56,423 nucleotides of DNA from a virus (Duplodnaviria > Caudoviricetes), in IMG/VR virus record IMGVR_UViG_3300037199_000067, positions 1 through 56,423 of that record; one strand, 5' to 3'. This document shows, piece by piece, positions 19,433 to 29,477 of this stretch (positions within the stretch are counted from its first letter, which is position 1; the number at the start of each line of letters is the position of its first letter). The notes under the pieces were generated by a model, which did no database searches, was not told the DNA's origin, and worked only from the letters and a program-made list of their open reading frames with translations. A program made the position numbers and the translations under genes.

Positions 19433-20170
19433 ATGCCCTATACCGTGCAGCCATTCAACCTCGCCAGTGCCTTTGGCGCGGGCCAGGAAATCAAGCAGCG
19501 CCGCCAGCAGATGGCGGAGGCGGAGTCCCGGCTGGCCACAGAGAAGCAGCATATCGAGGTGGCCGACCAGATTGAGAAGCAGCGCCAGCAGATCGCCGCG
19601 CAGACGGCTGCCCGCCAGTTCTCCGCTCGCAACCGGGTACAGGCCAAGATTCAGGCTGGCATGGACCCCGGAAAAGCGTATTTGTCGGAGCCTGATTTGT
19701 TTCCCACAGCGACCGGACTTGGGCCGTTTGCCACTTCGGTTGAAAAGGCGAACACACCAGTGCCACCACCTGCCCCGCTGTACGATTCCAAAGGTAACAT
19801 CATCGGTTACAGCGGAGCACACACGCATTTCATTCCTGCGCCAAGACAGGCCGCCGCCCCGAGACCGTCTCCAGAGGATTATAGCACTGTGACTTCAAAA
19901 TACCCAGCGGTCCCTGGAGTACCCGCACAAGCGGCAGTCCCGCCGTCGGGACATTTGTGGTGGGCACAGCCCGGATCACCAGCGCAGGCGGCCATCCCCG
20001 GACAGCCCGAGCGCACCGTGACCCAGCGCATCCCCATCGCACCACAGGGTGGCGACCAAACCAACCAGGACGAGGATGAATACACCTACCCCGCGCCGCC
20101 GGGAGCCACCAACGCGATGCCTGATAAATCTTTCAAGGTTGGCAGCTTTACGGTAACACCAATCCAGTAA
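19433..20170 (+). CDS. Putative internal virion/ejection protein
   Basis: Gln/Ala-rich coiled coil followed by Pro-rich tail; TAATG coupling to the next gene. Confidence 0.6.
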   Translation: MPYTVQPFNLASAFGAGQEIKQRRQQMAEAESRLATEKQHIEVADQIEKQRQQIAAQTAARQFSARNRVQAKIQAGMDPGKAYLSEPDLFPTATGLGPFATSVEKANTPVPPPAPLYDSKGNIIGYSGAHTHFIPAPRQAAAPRPSPEDYSTVTSKYPAVPGVPAQAAVPPSGHLWWAQPGSPAQAAIPGQPERTVTQRIPIAPQGGDQTNQDEDEYTYPAPPGATNAMPDKSFKVGSFTVTPIQ

Positions 20171-23100
20171 TGCCCGCTTTTGAAGTCACTGCACCAGATG
20201 GGAAAAAGTTCAGAATCGAGGGCGACCATGGTCCCAACGAAGCTGAGTTGCAGGACATTTATTCCAACCTGACCAAGAGTGCGGGGGCACCCGCGCCATC
20301 AACTCCCGCTCCACCAGCAGCACCACAAGCTGCCGTTCCCGCTCCACCAGCTCATGATGTTCCAGATGAGGCAAAACTGAGTGAGTGGCATCCGTCGCTC
20401 TGGAGCCGGTTCAGAAACAGCAGTATTGGACACAAAATCCTCGGCCCAACTCCAGAGGAACAGAGTCTGATTCAATCCGGTCAGGGTGGGCTGGCTGGAC
20501 CGCCCGGTGGCAATGCCGGAATCCTTCCGATTCTTTCACAGACACCTATCGGTCCCGGAGCGGAGTCGAAACTCGGAAAGGCCATCCTTGGCTACTACAT
20601 CGCCGCCTACGCCAAGAGCCAGCCGCAGCGCGTGAAGCAGATTTACCACGACCTGAAGACGGGCAATACGCGCGGCGCATACGGTGGAATGATTGAGGAT
20701 TTTCTCGGCGCGGGCATGACCGCCGGTGCCGCTCACGGTTTGATTTCATCGTTCCGAACACCAGCAACCAAAGGAGGTCCAAATGCCAGCAGTCAGCAAA
20801 AAGCAGCAGCGGTTCATGGCGATGTGCAGCCACAATCCGGGCCGGGCCCAAGGGAAGTGCCCGCCGAAGAAGGTGGCGGAGGAGTTCAGTCACAAGCCGA
20901 AGCGTTCCTGGACCAAAAAACACAAGTATCTGTAAACCCGTACCGCCTTGAGCGGACCGAGGATGGCAAGTACGTCATCACCAATCCAGCCGGCGAGGTT
21001 GAGGGCCAGCCCCATGACACCATCGTGGACGCCAAGGTGGCCCTCGACAAGCTCACCAGCCGCGCCGGAAAAGGTCAAAAAACGGCAACTGAGCCCGGCT
21101 CAATCACCGACGAGCCGATAGAAACTCCTGAAATGTACGCTGCGAGAGGCACCTACATTGACAGTGAGGACATGGTAAAGGCGTATCCACACCTGACCAG
21201 ACCGGAGGCGGCAGCGATAATCGCAAAGGTGCGCGGTGTTAAGAATGTTGCTGGAGCGGACTTACAGAAGGGTGCGGTCAAATCCATCACCGAGGACAGC
21301 GTTGAGCAGCTACCGGCGGATGAGCAGGTGAAGCTCAAGCACGGCGATGGTATCAAGTATGGCCTCACTCAAGGCGCAGGCGATGTGGAGCGGCTGCAAC
21401 AGAAGTACAACAAGGCCAGCGAGGAGATGAAGGCAGCTGCCGCAAAGGGAGACCAGGCGGCAATGCATGCCGCTTTTGGAAAACTGAACTTCTACGGTGG
21501 CGCGCTCATGGGTGCCACCCGTGGGACGCATCCGATTTCCGGCACTAACTACTCGCGGTATGTGGCCGAACATGGAGAGCCAGAGGCAGAACCTGGCGGT
21601 GTTGAATCCGAGCTGCCAGACGAACAACAGCAACTGTTCGATCACGAACGAAAGTCGGTGGACGTGCCGGTGGACATGCGCGAGCTGACCCCTGAAGAGG
21701 AAGAGGCGGCAGCAGGCAATCCATTCCTTCGTAATCTGCTCGGCAACGTCGCCACCATTGACCGTAAGAACGGCAAAATCGTCATCAACTTCAAGGAGTT
21801 CAAGGCGTGGCTGGACAACATCCCGAAGCATCAACAGCAACTGGCTATCCGGTCGGTGCTCAGTGAGGAGCGCATCCATCTGGCGGTGGATGATGCCTCC
21901 GCCAAGGCGTTCTACGATTCACAGACCGGGCTGGAGCAGGCCATTGGTAAGCGGCGGTATTTCGGACCAATTAGGAATGCGGAAGACCAAGCTGCATTCG
22001 ACAAGATGACGGATACACAATGGGGCCACGAGGCGCTCCGGTTCCGGTTACAACAGCTCACCCGCATGACGCCGCGCGAGATTGCAGAGGCGACGGGCCG
22101 CGAGAAGTGGACAGTCAAATCGCTCACCGCATTGGAATCCGTAATCCGTGGAATCCGGCAGAAGCTGGGCACCAAGGCTAGCGCCGAGGCCAATGCTATC
22201 CTCGACAAGATGGAAGCCAATCTCCGCATCGGTCACATCGCCCGCAGTGGGGCATCGCCAGCGGCCATCCAGAAGTCAGTGGAGCAGGTCAGCGAGGACG
22301 AGGCCGACAAGATTGAAAAGCAGGCTCAAATGTACGCCGAGTCCGGCGATGCCCAGTCGGCCAATGAGCTGATGCAGATGGCCAAGAATCTGCGCCAGTC
22401 GGCTCAGGAACAGTCTTTCCCGGCGGCCCGGCCCAAGAAGCGCACCGAATCGCTCTGGCAGGAGAAGTTCATCCTGCCGGGCATGGACACGCAGCGCGCG
22501 GCGGGCGGAACACTTGCGGTGCCTCCGGGCGGCGGCGAGACCCAGCCTGTGGCACCGACTGAGAGAGCCTCTGCGGAGGCGTCAGGCGCGCTGCCACGGC
22601 TCACAGGAGCTGCCTTGGAGGCTCGAGGCACCACATGGGTGCAGAAGGGCATTTCAGACGCTCTGGGGGCCATTGCGGAGGGAAAAACAGCTCCCCTGCC
22701 GACGTTCAAGGACTTTGCTGACTTCATGAAGCGGCAGCAATCTGAAGTTAAGCCCGGCCAGCTACATGAAATGTGGGCAAAAGCGGTGGGTGATTCTCTG
22801 GAAAAGGCTCCCGGTGAAGTCCTTGCAGGTTTGGTGAAGGCGACATGGGGTCGGCAGACGACGGAAGCGTCGTCGGTGGGCAAGAAATCCTTCTTTCGTG
22901 GCGTCATTTCCGGTGCCCAGAAGATTGTGGACAACCCGCCGCCGGGCGGGTTCAATCTGGAGTATGTGCCCGACCGGACAGCCGCCGAGCTGCATCAGGA
23001 TGAGCGGCGATCAGCAGGCTTGATACGCCAGCGCGAGCGCGTGATTGGCGCGCTGTACAACAAGCTGGTGCGGCCAACGATGCCAGACATCCGGCTGGAC

Positions 23101-26100
23101 GCAAAAACCACAACACCTGACGACCTGCGGTACGGTGGTGGCAAGCTGATTTCAGCGGTGCAGGACTTCGACCAGAGCGCCGAGCACAATGTGGAGCTGC
23201 TGGGGCGTGACCTTGTGGATGAAGCGCGGCGGTCATCGCGCGACCCGGTTACGGCCACCAAGCGGCTGACGGCCATTATGGACCGCAAGAGTGGCGAGGT
23301 GTACCTCGTGGGCACCTACAAACACCCCACGCGCGGCACAGTGCTCGTTGACCCGCTCTCGCCACAGAACCAGCACACGCCACTGGAGTCCATGCTCAAG
23401 CGGTATCGCGTCATCCAGTCAGTGCTGCGTGACCATCCCGTGCAAGGGTTCAAGGAACATTTCAAATCAATCACCGATTACAATGAGGCATTTGGCAATG
23501 AGGCAAAATCCCGTTACAACCAAGAGACCAGCTACGACCCAGCCACTGTTCCCGAAGCTCAGTTCATGGAGGAAGCTGGCGGTCGAATCGAGCGCGGTTC
23601 GGGAGGTTCCTTCCAAGGGCCACACAAAGAGCTGGTCCAGGAGAGCGGAGAAGGTTCTTTGGAAAAGAGCGGTCGGACGGCGATGACTGAGCCCGAGGCG
23701 CAGGCGATGATTGACCATGTGTTCAACGAGCGCGGCACGATTGATTCCGCCGACGATGTGCGCGAGGCGATGCTGGCGCTCAAGGATTCACCCAACCGGC
23801 AGGCGCTGTCCGGGTTCACCAAGCTGGCGCGCGGAATTCAGGCGAAGAATCCGGACATGTCCGCTGATGAGCTGCTGCGCGCAGTCGCCCAACGAGTTTA
23901 TGAAAACCACACCCAAGCAAAAAGCCTCGAAGAGTTCACTCGAACAACGCTGGCGGACAGCGGTGCCAAGGCTGGCGAAGCTGCTGAAACTGAAGCCCCC
24001 TCGAAAACCAGCCGCGAGCTAACGATGCTCAACCGGCTGCCGCCCACAGCCACCCGTGGTCAGGTGCTGCCACCGGGAGAACAGCCGCCCACTGAGGGAT
24101 TCGCGCCGGGAACTGAACCTCAAATCCTGACACCAGAGGAGCGGGAATACATTCGCACCCGCGATTGGGGCGAGGCTTCCACACCCGGTGGCGCAAGAGG
24201 GTTGGTGAACCGCCTTCGTGGAGAATCAGTAAGCGGCAGACGGTTCAATCCCCGCCCGCCTCAGCCGCCTCCGCAAAAGGGTCAGGTTCATTATTTCCCA
24301 TCAGAGGGCGAGTGGACGCCCGGCGCGCGGCGCAAGCCCACGCCTGCCGAGCAGTACCGCGCCCAAGCCCGCAAGCTGAGTGACGACCTGTTCCGGCTCA
24401 ACACTCAGTCACAGGCCGACGTGGAGGATGCCTTCCCGGAAATTGCCAAAATCCGGAAGGAGTACGACGAGCTGCCGCCGTCCGCTCCGGAGAACGTCTT
24501 CCGCAAGATTGAGGATGAGGTGGTGACCGGCCATTCGGACGTGAAGCTCACGCCGAACGAGCAGTCGCTGTTCGACCGGGCCGCCGCCATCCATGCCGAG
24601 AACGAGGAGATGTGGCAGCACCTCAAAGACCTGGAGATTCCAGTGTCTGAGAAGACCATTTTCCCACGCATGGCGCAGGACGTGAACAGCATCTTTGCGC
24701 GCGTGGTGCGCGGCGTGAAGCGTTCCATCACCGAGGGCACGATCCTCTCCAAGTCGGCGTGGTTCACCAAGCATCGCGTCATCAAGGCTATTGTGGACAG
24801 CGCGGGCAACCGGCGCATTGCCGCCATCGTGGCCGGCGAGAAAGGCGGCAAGCTCATCGCCTACGACCAAGGCAAGGGCACCGACATGGGGCCGTTCGCA
24901 TGGAGTGACATCGTGAAGCGGCAGGAGCTGCTCGATAAGGAGCTGGAACCCATTCTGAAGGAAGCGGACGAGCTCACCAATGAGCGGAACATTCTGGAGC
25001 GCAGCGAAGCCCGAGCGGCGGTGTCCAAGCGGCGCATCGCCAACATCAACAAGCGGCTGGGTGAGCTGTGGCACGAGAAGCAGGGCATTGAGGAAAACTA
25101 TCCGCTGGACGACCTTGAAAACCGCGTGTGGGCTGACAGCAATGGCAAGCAGTGGCGCCTGACCGACGCGACCACGACCGAGATCGAGCACAACATGGAC
25201 GTGCGGTATTACAAGGAACCGTTCTCCGTCCTGACCGCTCAGAATTTGAAGCTCAAGCAGATGCTGCGCTCCGCTGAATGGCTGGAGCAATTCAAGACCT
25301 CGCCGCAGTTCTCGCAGATTGCCCGGCGCTGGGATGAGCGGAACATTCCGCCGGGCTGGAAGCGCACCGAGTTGCCGCAGCTCCGCAACTTCGTGTTCGA
25401 GCCGCGCGTGGCCGATGTGCTAAACCAGTTCCATGAGCGCAGCAAGGGTCAGACGCCGAACATCCTTACAGCCACCAACCGGCTGCTGATGAACGCCGTT
25501 TTCTTCGACAATCCGTTCCTGCACAGCCCGAATCTGGCCGGCTGGTGGATGACCTCGCGCGGGGCGTGGGCGTGGATGAACCCAATGGCGTATCCGGGGC
25601 TGATGAAGACGGGCTTGCGCGCGTTCCATGATGTGGTGGAGAAGTCGCCGGAGTACGTCAACTACCTGCGGGCGGGCACGCCGTTGCAGAACACGCGGGC
25701 GCGGCAGTTCACGGAGAATATCACCAAGCTGCTGCACGACCAGTTGGCTGAAGACCCCTCGCTGGCCAAGCGCATCAGCAACTTTCTGGGGTACGCCAAT
25801 CCCATCAAGTTGTCGCAGACCCTGGGCCACGCCGCCACGAGCGGACTGCACGACATCCTGACCCTGCAACTCATTTACGAGGCGCAGGCGCGCGACCCGA
25901 AACTCAAGCCGCACGAGGCGATTCAAAAGGTGTCAGCTATCATGCCCGACTACCGGGTGCCGGCGCGAGTGCTGGGCTCCAGTTGGATTTCCAAGATTGT
26001 CACCAAACCCAACGCCGTGTGGTTCGGTGCGTACCATTACTCGGAGGGCAAGGCGTTCATGAACATGGCGAAAGGTTTGGTTGGTAGGGGAGACCTGTCG

Positions 26101-26916
26101 CGCGCAGAGGCTCTGGACAAGATTGCCGCCACTGCGCTCTTGATGGCGGTGGCGTACCCGCTCATGGATGACCTGCTAAAGAAGGTGACTGGGCGCAAGG
26201 ACCTCATGTTCCGGCGCGCGGGACCATCCACGATGCCCACCGCCGTCATGGATGTGATGAGCGGGAAGCGCACGCCGGAGCAAGTGGCCCCGAGCTTTGT
26301 TTCGCCAGCCGCCGCGACCGTGGCGGGCATCAGTCTGTTCTTCAACAAGAACCTGATGTTCGGTGGGCGCGGGTTGCCCATTTACAACTGGCGTCAGGGG
26401 GCGGGTGAGTCCGCCAAGCGCGTGGCCGGGTTCGCCGCGCAGTCGCTCAATCCAGTGCAGCTCTACCGGGACATCGGCAGTGGCCGTTACAACTGGGACC
26501 AGATATTTGAGAACCTCGCTGGCATCCGTAAGGATTACAGCACTGAGTCGGGCGCTCAGGTGTATGGCTGGGCGTATGACTGGGCTAAGCGCACGAACAA
26601 TCAGCGTCTGCTCAACCAATTCGAGCAGCGTTCCAATGAGGTGTTTGCGCCATCGAAGTACGAGAAGTTGAAGAACGAGCTGGGTGAAGACAGCAAGAAC
26701 AAGGCGCTGGTGGAGATTCGCCGGCTGTTGCAGTCGGGCACCACGCAGGAAGAGATGGAGCGCGAGTTGCGTCCGTCCGCGCATCCACTGTCTGGCTTGA
26801 AGGAAACCGAAGAGCCGTTCGTGCAGTCTCTCAGCCCAAGCCAGCGGCAGACCTACGAGGCGGTCATGGCGCGGCGTGAGAAGGTGTACCGAAACTTTTT
26901 GGAGTGGACGCAGTAG
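20170..26916 (+). CDS. Giant internal virion / DNA-ejection protein (2248 aa, large-polyvalent-like)
   Basis: Last gene of the structural arm; helical; zincin-like VLSEERIHLA segment; membrane-like C-terminal region. Confidence 0.75.
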   Translation: MPAFEVTAPDGKKFRIEGDHGPNEAELQDIYSNLTKSAGAPAPSTPAPPAAPQAAVPAPPAHDVPDEAKLSEWHPSLWSRFRNSSIGHKILGPTPEEQSLIQSGQGGLAGPPGGNAGILPILSQTPIGPGAESKLGKAILGYYIAAYAKSQPQRVKQIYHDLKTGNTRGAYGGMIEDFLGAGMTAGAAHGLISSFRTPATKGGPNASSQQKAAAVHGDVQPQSGPGPREVPAEEGGGGVQSQAEAFLDQKTQVSVNPYRLERTEDGKYVITNPAGEVEGQPHDTIVDAKVALDKLTSRAGKGQKTATEPGSITDEPIETPEMYAARGTYIDSEDMVKAYPHLTRPEAAAIIAKVRGVKNVAGADLQKGAVKSITEDSVEQLPADEQVKLKHGDGIKYGLTQGAGDVERLQQKYNKASEEMKAAAAKGDQAAMHAAFGKLNFYGGALMGATRGTHPISGTNYSRYVAEHGEPEAEPGGVESELPDEQQQLFDHERKSVDVPVDMRELTPEEEEAAAGNPFLRNLLGNVATIDRKNGKIVINFKEFKAWLDNIPKHQQQLAIRSVLSEERIHLAVDDASAKAFYDSQTGLEQAIGKRRYFGPIRNAEDQAAFDKMTDTQWGHEALRFRLQQLTRMTPREIAEATGREKWTVKSLTALESVIRGIRQKLGTKASAEANAILDKMEANLRIGHIARSGASPAAIQKSVEQVSEDEADKIEKQAQMYAESGDAQSANELMQMAKNLRQSAQEQSFPAARPKKRTESLWQEKFILPGMDTQRAAGGTLAVPPGGGETQPVAPTERASAEASGALPRLTGAALEARGTTWVQKGISDALGAIAEGKTAPLPTFKDFADFMKRQQSEVKPGQLHEMWAKAVGDSLEKAPGEVLAGLVKATWGRQTTEASSVGKKSFFRGVISGAQKIVDNPPPGGFNLEYVPDRTAAELHQDERRSAGLIRQRERVIGALYNKLVRPTMPDIRLDAKTTTPDDLRYGGGKLISAVQDFDQSAEHNVELLGRDLVDEARRSSRDPVTATKRLTAIMDRKSGEVYLVGTYKHPTRGTVLVDPLSPQNQHTPLESMLKRYRVIQSVLRDHPVQGFKEHFKSITDYNEAFGNEAKSRYNQETSYDPATVPEAQFMEEAGGRIERGSGGSFQGPHKELVQESGEGSLEKSGRTAMTEPEAQAMIDHVFNERGTIDSADDVREAMLALKDSPNRQALSGFTKLARGIQAKNPDMSADELLRAVAQRVYENHTQAKSLEEFTRTTLADSGAKAGEAAETEAPSKTSRELTMLNRLPPTATRGQVLPPGEQPPTEGFAPGTEPQILTPEEREYIRTRDWGEASTPGGARGLVNRLRGESVSGRRFNPRPPQPPPQKGQVHYFPSEGEWTPGARRKPTPAEQYRAQARKLSDDLFRLNTQSQADVEDAFPEIAKIRKEYDELPPSAPENVFRKIEDEVVTGHSDVKLTPNEQSLFDRAAAIHAENEEMWQHLKDLEIPVSEKTIFPRMAQDVNSIFARVVRGVKRSITEGTILSKSAWFTKHRVIKAIVDSAGNRRIAAIVAGEKGGKLIAYDQGKGTDMGPFAWSDIVKRQELLDKELEPILKEADELTNERNILERSEARAAVSKRRIANINKRLGELWHEKQGIEENYPLDDLENRVWADSNGKQWRLTDATTTEIEHNMDVRYYKEPFSVLTAQNLKLKQMLRSAEWLEQFKTSPQFSQIARRWDERNIPPGWKRTELPQLRNFVFEPRVADVLNQFHERSKGQTPNILTATNRLLMNAVFFDNPFLHSPNLAGWWMTSRGAWAWMNPMAYPGLMKTGLRAFHDVVEKSPEYVNYLRAGTPLQNTRARQFTENITKLLHDQLAEDPSLAKRISNFLGYANPIKLSQTLGHAATSGLHDILTLQLIYEAQARDPKLKPHEAIQKVSAIMPDYRVPARVLGSSWISKIVTKPNAVWFGAYHYSEGKAFMNMAKGLVGRGDLSRAEALDKIAATALLMAVAYPLMDDLLKKVTGRKDLMFRRAGPSTMPTAVMDVMSGKRTPEQVAPSFVSPAAATVAGISLFFNKNLMFGGRGLPIYNWRQGAGESAKRVAGFAAQSLNPVQLYRDIGSGRYNWDQIFENLAGIRKDYSTESGAQVYGWAYDWAKRTNNQRLLNQFEQRSNEVFAPSKYEKLKNELGEDSKNKALVEIRRLLQSGTTQEEMERELRPSAHPLSGLKETEEPFVQSLSPSQRQTYEAVMARREKVYRNFLEWTQ
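20783..20935 (+). CDS. Nested +1-frame small basic protein (50 aa)
   Basis: AAGGAGG-TCCAA-ATG; MPAVSKKQQRFMAMCSHNPGRAQGKCPPKKVAEEFSHKPK resembles a common small phage protein type. Confidence 0.6.
   Translation: MPAVSKKQQRFMAMCSHNPGRAQGKCPPKKVAEEFSHKPKRSWTKKHKYL
23900..24022 (+). CDS. Possible second nested +1-frame basic peptide (40 aa)
   Basis: TTTATG start context typical of this genome; MKTTPKQKASKSSLEQRWRTAVPRLAKLLKLKPPRKPAAS. Confidence 0.3.
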   Translation: MKTTPKQKASKSSLEQRWRTAVPRLAKLLKLKPPRKPAAS

Positions 26917-27718
26917 TGACGTTGCGCCAGACGAACCCTTTTACCATATCTTCGAGCATCTCACTCGTACCTCCGAAAGATGTAAACTCCCTGACATCCT
27001 TGCAGGGCAGCGTCATCACACAGCACGGTATCTGCGCGTGACGCACTAGCTGCTCTGCGCCTTCAAGGCCGGGCTTGTCATTGTCAGCGATGATTACAGC
27101 GCGGCGGATGTGCAGCCGGTCGAACAGGGTCTTGAGGTGGTACAGACCACCTGAGCAGGATGGCCTGCCGACGGCGTACAAGCCGATGGAGCGCGCGGCT
27201 GCTGTGTCGGTGGCACCTTCGACTATCCATGCTATATCCTCTGACTTGCAGTACGGAAGGAATATACCGGCGCGCGAGCCGCGCACAGACCACTTTTTAC
27301 CGTCGTTGGCTCGGAGGCGGATTCCGATGATTTTACCAAATCCATCCCTCATTGGAAATGCGGTGGCGTGGTATTCTTTGGCCCGGCACACGCCCATCTC
27401 CAGCAGTGCTGATGCCTTTACTCCGAGGTTTTGTGCCAGCGAGGAAATATAGGCAGCGCTGGTTTCTTTAATCCACCCCTTCACCATCCCCTCCGCATCA
27501 ATCTCAACCTTCGGCTGCTCACGTTTTACTGGGACTGGTGTGCTGTGACCGTTCAGCTTGTGGATGTAGCCAACCTCGCCTGACTTGAACGTCTTGGGGC
27601 GCTCACTGACTGAACGCATACATATTACTGTGCCGCCATCACTGGAGAGCAGACACCATGTGTCGTGGCCACACTGAGGGCAACGGTTCTGCCGCGTGAC
27701 TCGAATCCATTCGCTCAT
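26864..27718 (-). CDS. DNA primase (Zn-finger + TOPRIM)
   Basis: CPQCGHDTWC...C; IVEGATD; IIADNDKPG. Confidence 0.85.
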   Translation of the reverse strand: MSEWIRVTRQNRCPQCGHDTWCLLSSDGGTVICMRSVSERPKTFKSGEVGYIHKLNGHSTPVPVKREQPKVEIDAEGMVKGWIKETSAAYISSLAQNLGVKASALLEMGVCRAKEYHATAFPMRDGFGKIIGIRLRANDGKKWSVRGSRAGIFLPYCKSEDIAWIVEGATDTAAARSIGLYAVGRPSCSGGLYHLKTLFDRLHIRRAVIIADNDKPGLEGAEQLVRHAQIPCCVMTLPCKDVREFTSFGGTSEMLEDMVKGFVWRNVTTASTPKSFGTPSHAAP

Positions 27719-28032
27719 AAATTAACAGCCCATCTTGTGACCAGCCGCTTTCTTAGGTTCCGCGCCAACCAATCCATCCCGTGCGGTTGTGAGGCGCGGC
27801 CAAAAGTCTCGGCGATGATCTGGTTCAGCCGCCGGCCCTGGCGCAGCTTGATCTCAAACCCGCAACCTGAAACATGGTCGGTCACATGGATGGTTTTGAG
27901 TAGCAAGCCGGGTTCAGGACGGGGAATGTAATCAGGTGGGTTCTCTGTGCGCTTGCGTGCCTTAGCAGCATGAGCAAGCATCGAAGTACGATGGTCCCAC
28001 GCCTTGAACTGTTTACGGCGACTTAATCTCAT
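27715..28032 (-). CDS. Basic hypothetical protein
   Basis: ATG at 28032 lies within the palindrome AATCTCATGAGATT; stop overlaps the primase start. Confidence 0.55.
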   Translation of the reverse strand: MRLSRRKQFKAWDHRTSMLAHAAKARKRTENPPDYIPRPEPGLLLKTIHVTDHVSGCGFEIKLRQGRRLNQIIAETFGRASQPHGMDWLARNLRKRLVTRWAVNL

Positions 28033-28186
28033 GAGATTTAGATAATGCGTTGTTGGGCAGCCGGGCGGCGCGTTTGGATTTCTTCGGGCGACCACCGAGT
28101 TTTGCGTTCCGGCGCGCAGCGGCGGTTTTGGCTTTCGACTTCGCCAGACCGCCGAGGCGTCCGAGAGATTGAGCAGCGGGGTTCAT
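28013..28186 (-). CDS. Small basic KGG/AT-hook-like protein in cassette 1 (57 aa)
   Basis: MNPAAQSLGRLGGLAKSKAKTAAARRNAKLGGRPKK; ATGA coupling. Confidence 0.7.
   Translation of the reverse strand: MNPAAQSLGRLGGLAKSKAKTAAARRNAKLGGRPKKSKRAARLPNNALSKSHEIKSP
28040..28058 (+). other. attI/attG-like cassette insertion site of array 1
   Basis: AGATAAT-GCGTT-GTTGGGC; GTTGGGC is the complement of the R'' box GCCCAAC of attC1. Confidence 0.6.
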
Positions 28187-28566
28187 ACAAATTCGGCGCA
28201 GTAGCGACCGATGATCTTGTCCCAAGTTTGCTCCTGCATCTTTACCGTGTATCGGTTCGTGAAGGTGTCCCACTTCGCGGCGAGTTCTTTCGCTGCGTCC
28301 AGCGCGGTGCGGCAGGTGTTGATCCGGGCGGCGAGCGCATTGGCTTCGCGGGTGGCTTCGGCCTTGGTGCATCCGAGCGCGCCGATTGAGCCGACATTCA
28401 GGGCGTCAGATTTGCGGAACTTGAAGTCCACGCTGATGAAGTAGCGGTGCGGCGTGTGGGCATATCCGGCGTCCAGTGCTTCATGGACGCGCACGACCAT
28501 TGCGCCGGGGACGATGCCCACTGTCTTGAATCCGCTGACCGCCTGTTGGATGTCGTTTGTTGTCAT
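28183..28566 (-). CDS. Hypothetical protein in cassette 1 (127 aa)
   Basis: Leaderless start 6 nt after its own -10 box. Confidence 0.75.
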   Translation of the reverse strand: MTTNDIQQAVSGFKTVGIVPGAMVVRVHEALDAGYAHTPHRYFISVDFKFRKSDALNVGSIGALGCTKAEATREANALAARINTCRTALDAAKELAAKWDTFTNRYTVKMQEQTWDKIIGRYCAEFV

Positions 28567-28572
28567 ACTTAG

Positions 28573-28601
28573 AGATTAAACCCAAGCGGTTAGGTTTGCA
28601 A
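28573..28601 (-). promoter_or_regulatory. Promoter internal to cassette 1
   Basis: TTGCAA-17-TAATCT-6-ATG on the minus strand, with an AT-rich UP-like tract. Confidence 0.65.
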
Positions 28602-28632
28602 GATTTATTTTCATTTATTTTCAGACCGGCCC

Positions 28633-28731
28633 GCCCAACAAGCGCACGGAGCCAACGCCTATTGGCGTCGTCAGTCCGCTTTCGCGGGCGGGAGTCGTTG
28701 GTGCGGCGTGGCTCATGCGCGGTCGTTAAGC
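28633..28731 (+). other. attC: attC site 1 (99 bp)
   Basis: GCCCAAC...GTTAAGC; arms GCGCACGGAGCCAACGCC / GGCGTGGCTCATGCGC with extra G and A on the left arm. Confidence 0.85.
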
Positions 28732-28950
28732 GGCTTCAGTTATGATTCCGATTACCTTTGGTTCGCCGATGATTGTCACGCGGCCATGCTCGCCGGGCTT
28801 TAATGCCGCGATGAGCGTTCCGCGCGCCGATTCCGCAGCCTGTTTGTAAAGCTGCCCGATGGAGCATTCCCCACCCCATGATGATGCTTCAACCTCGACG
28901 GTGAGTTGCACTCTTGCTTTTGCGTGGACTGCTAGTTGTTGTTTTTCCAT
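28726..28950 (-). CDS. Hypothetical protein in cassette 2 (possible longer GTG start at 29040 inside attC2)
   Basis: MEKQQLAVHAKARVQLTVEVEASSWGGECSIGQL...; stop TAA coincides with the GTT core. Confidence 0.7.
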   Translation of the reverse strand: MEKQQLAVHAKARVQLTVEVEASSWGGECSIGQLYKQAAESARGTLIAALKPGEHGRVTIIGEPKVIGIITEAA

Positions 28951-28974
28951 ATTTTTTTTAGTTGCTATTCGCTC

Positions 28975-29083
28975 GCTTAACAAGACATCGGAGCTAACCG
29001 GCGGTGTCCTTTGCGGTCGGATATTTGTTTCAGTGTTCACAGTTATTTTTATTCGCGCCGGTTAGCTCGATTTTTCGTTAGGC
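28975..29083 (+). other. attC: attC site 2 (109 bp)
   Basis: GCTTAAC...GTTAGGC; arms ATCGGAGCTAACCGGCG / CGCCGGTTAGCTCGAT. Confidence 0.88.
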
Positions 29084-29343
29084 GACTTCGGTTCTTGGTT
29101 TTCGGTCGCCAATTCATCCATTAACGCCTCATTCAGCGCCGCCGCGTCTCTGGCGATACATTGCGCCGATGACACCATGCCTTTGTCCTCGCACAGTTCT
29201 TGCGCGACCGCAGACATTTGGTGCATCCAGTTTTTGAGCGCGTCGAGTGTTTTTTCAGAAAGCCGCACTACCTCGAATTGCAGTTTCGGTTTCGCCGGCA
29301 TCATGCTGCCGTGTTCCAGTGCGTTTTGGTCTAGTTCGTCCAT
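29062..29343 (-). CDS. Hypothetical protein in cassette 3 (93 aa)
   Basis: CTTATG start; reads into the right arm of attC2 (PNEKSS*). Confidence 0.7.
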   Translation of the reverse strand: MDELDQNALEHGSMMPAKPKLQFEVVRLSEKTLDALKNWMHQMSAVAQELCEDKGMVSSAQCIARDAAALNEALMDELATENQEPKSPNEKSS

Positions 29344-29351
29344 AAGTCGTC

Positions 29352-29477
29352 GCCTAACAATGCGCTGCTGCCAATGAGCACTGTCCCCACAGCTTGGCAA
29401 CGTCGCTTTTAATCTGGTTGGTTGGTTTCATTTTTCTGCTCCCTGCCCAGTGCTCAAGGCAGAGCTAATCGTCCGGC
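29352..29477 (+). other. attC: attC site 3 (126 bp, R' core GTC instead of GTT)
   Basis: GCCTAAC...GTCCGGC; arms GCTGCTGCCAATGAGCACTG / CAGTGCTCAAGGCAGAGC. Confidence 0.8.
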
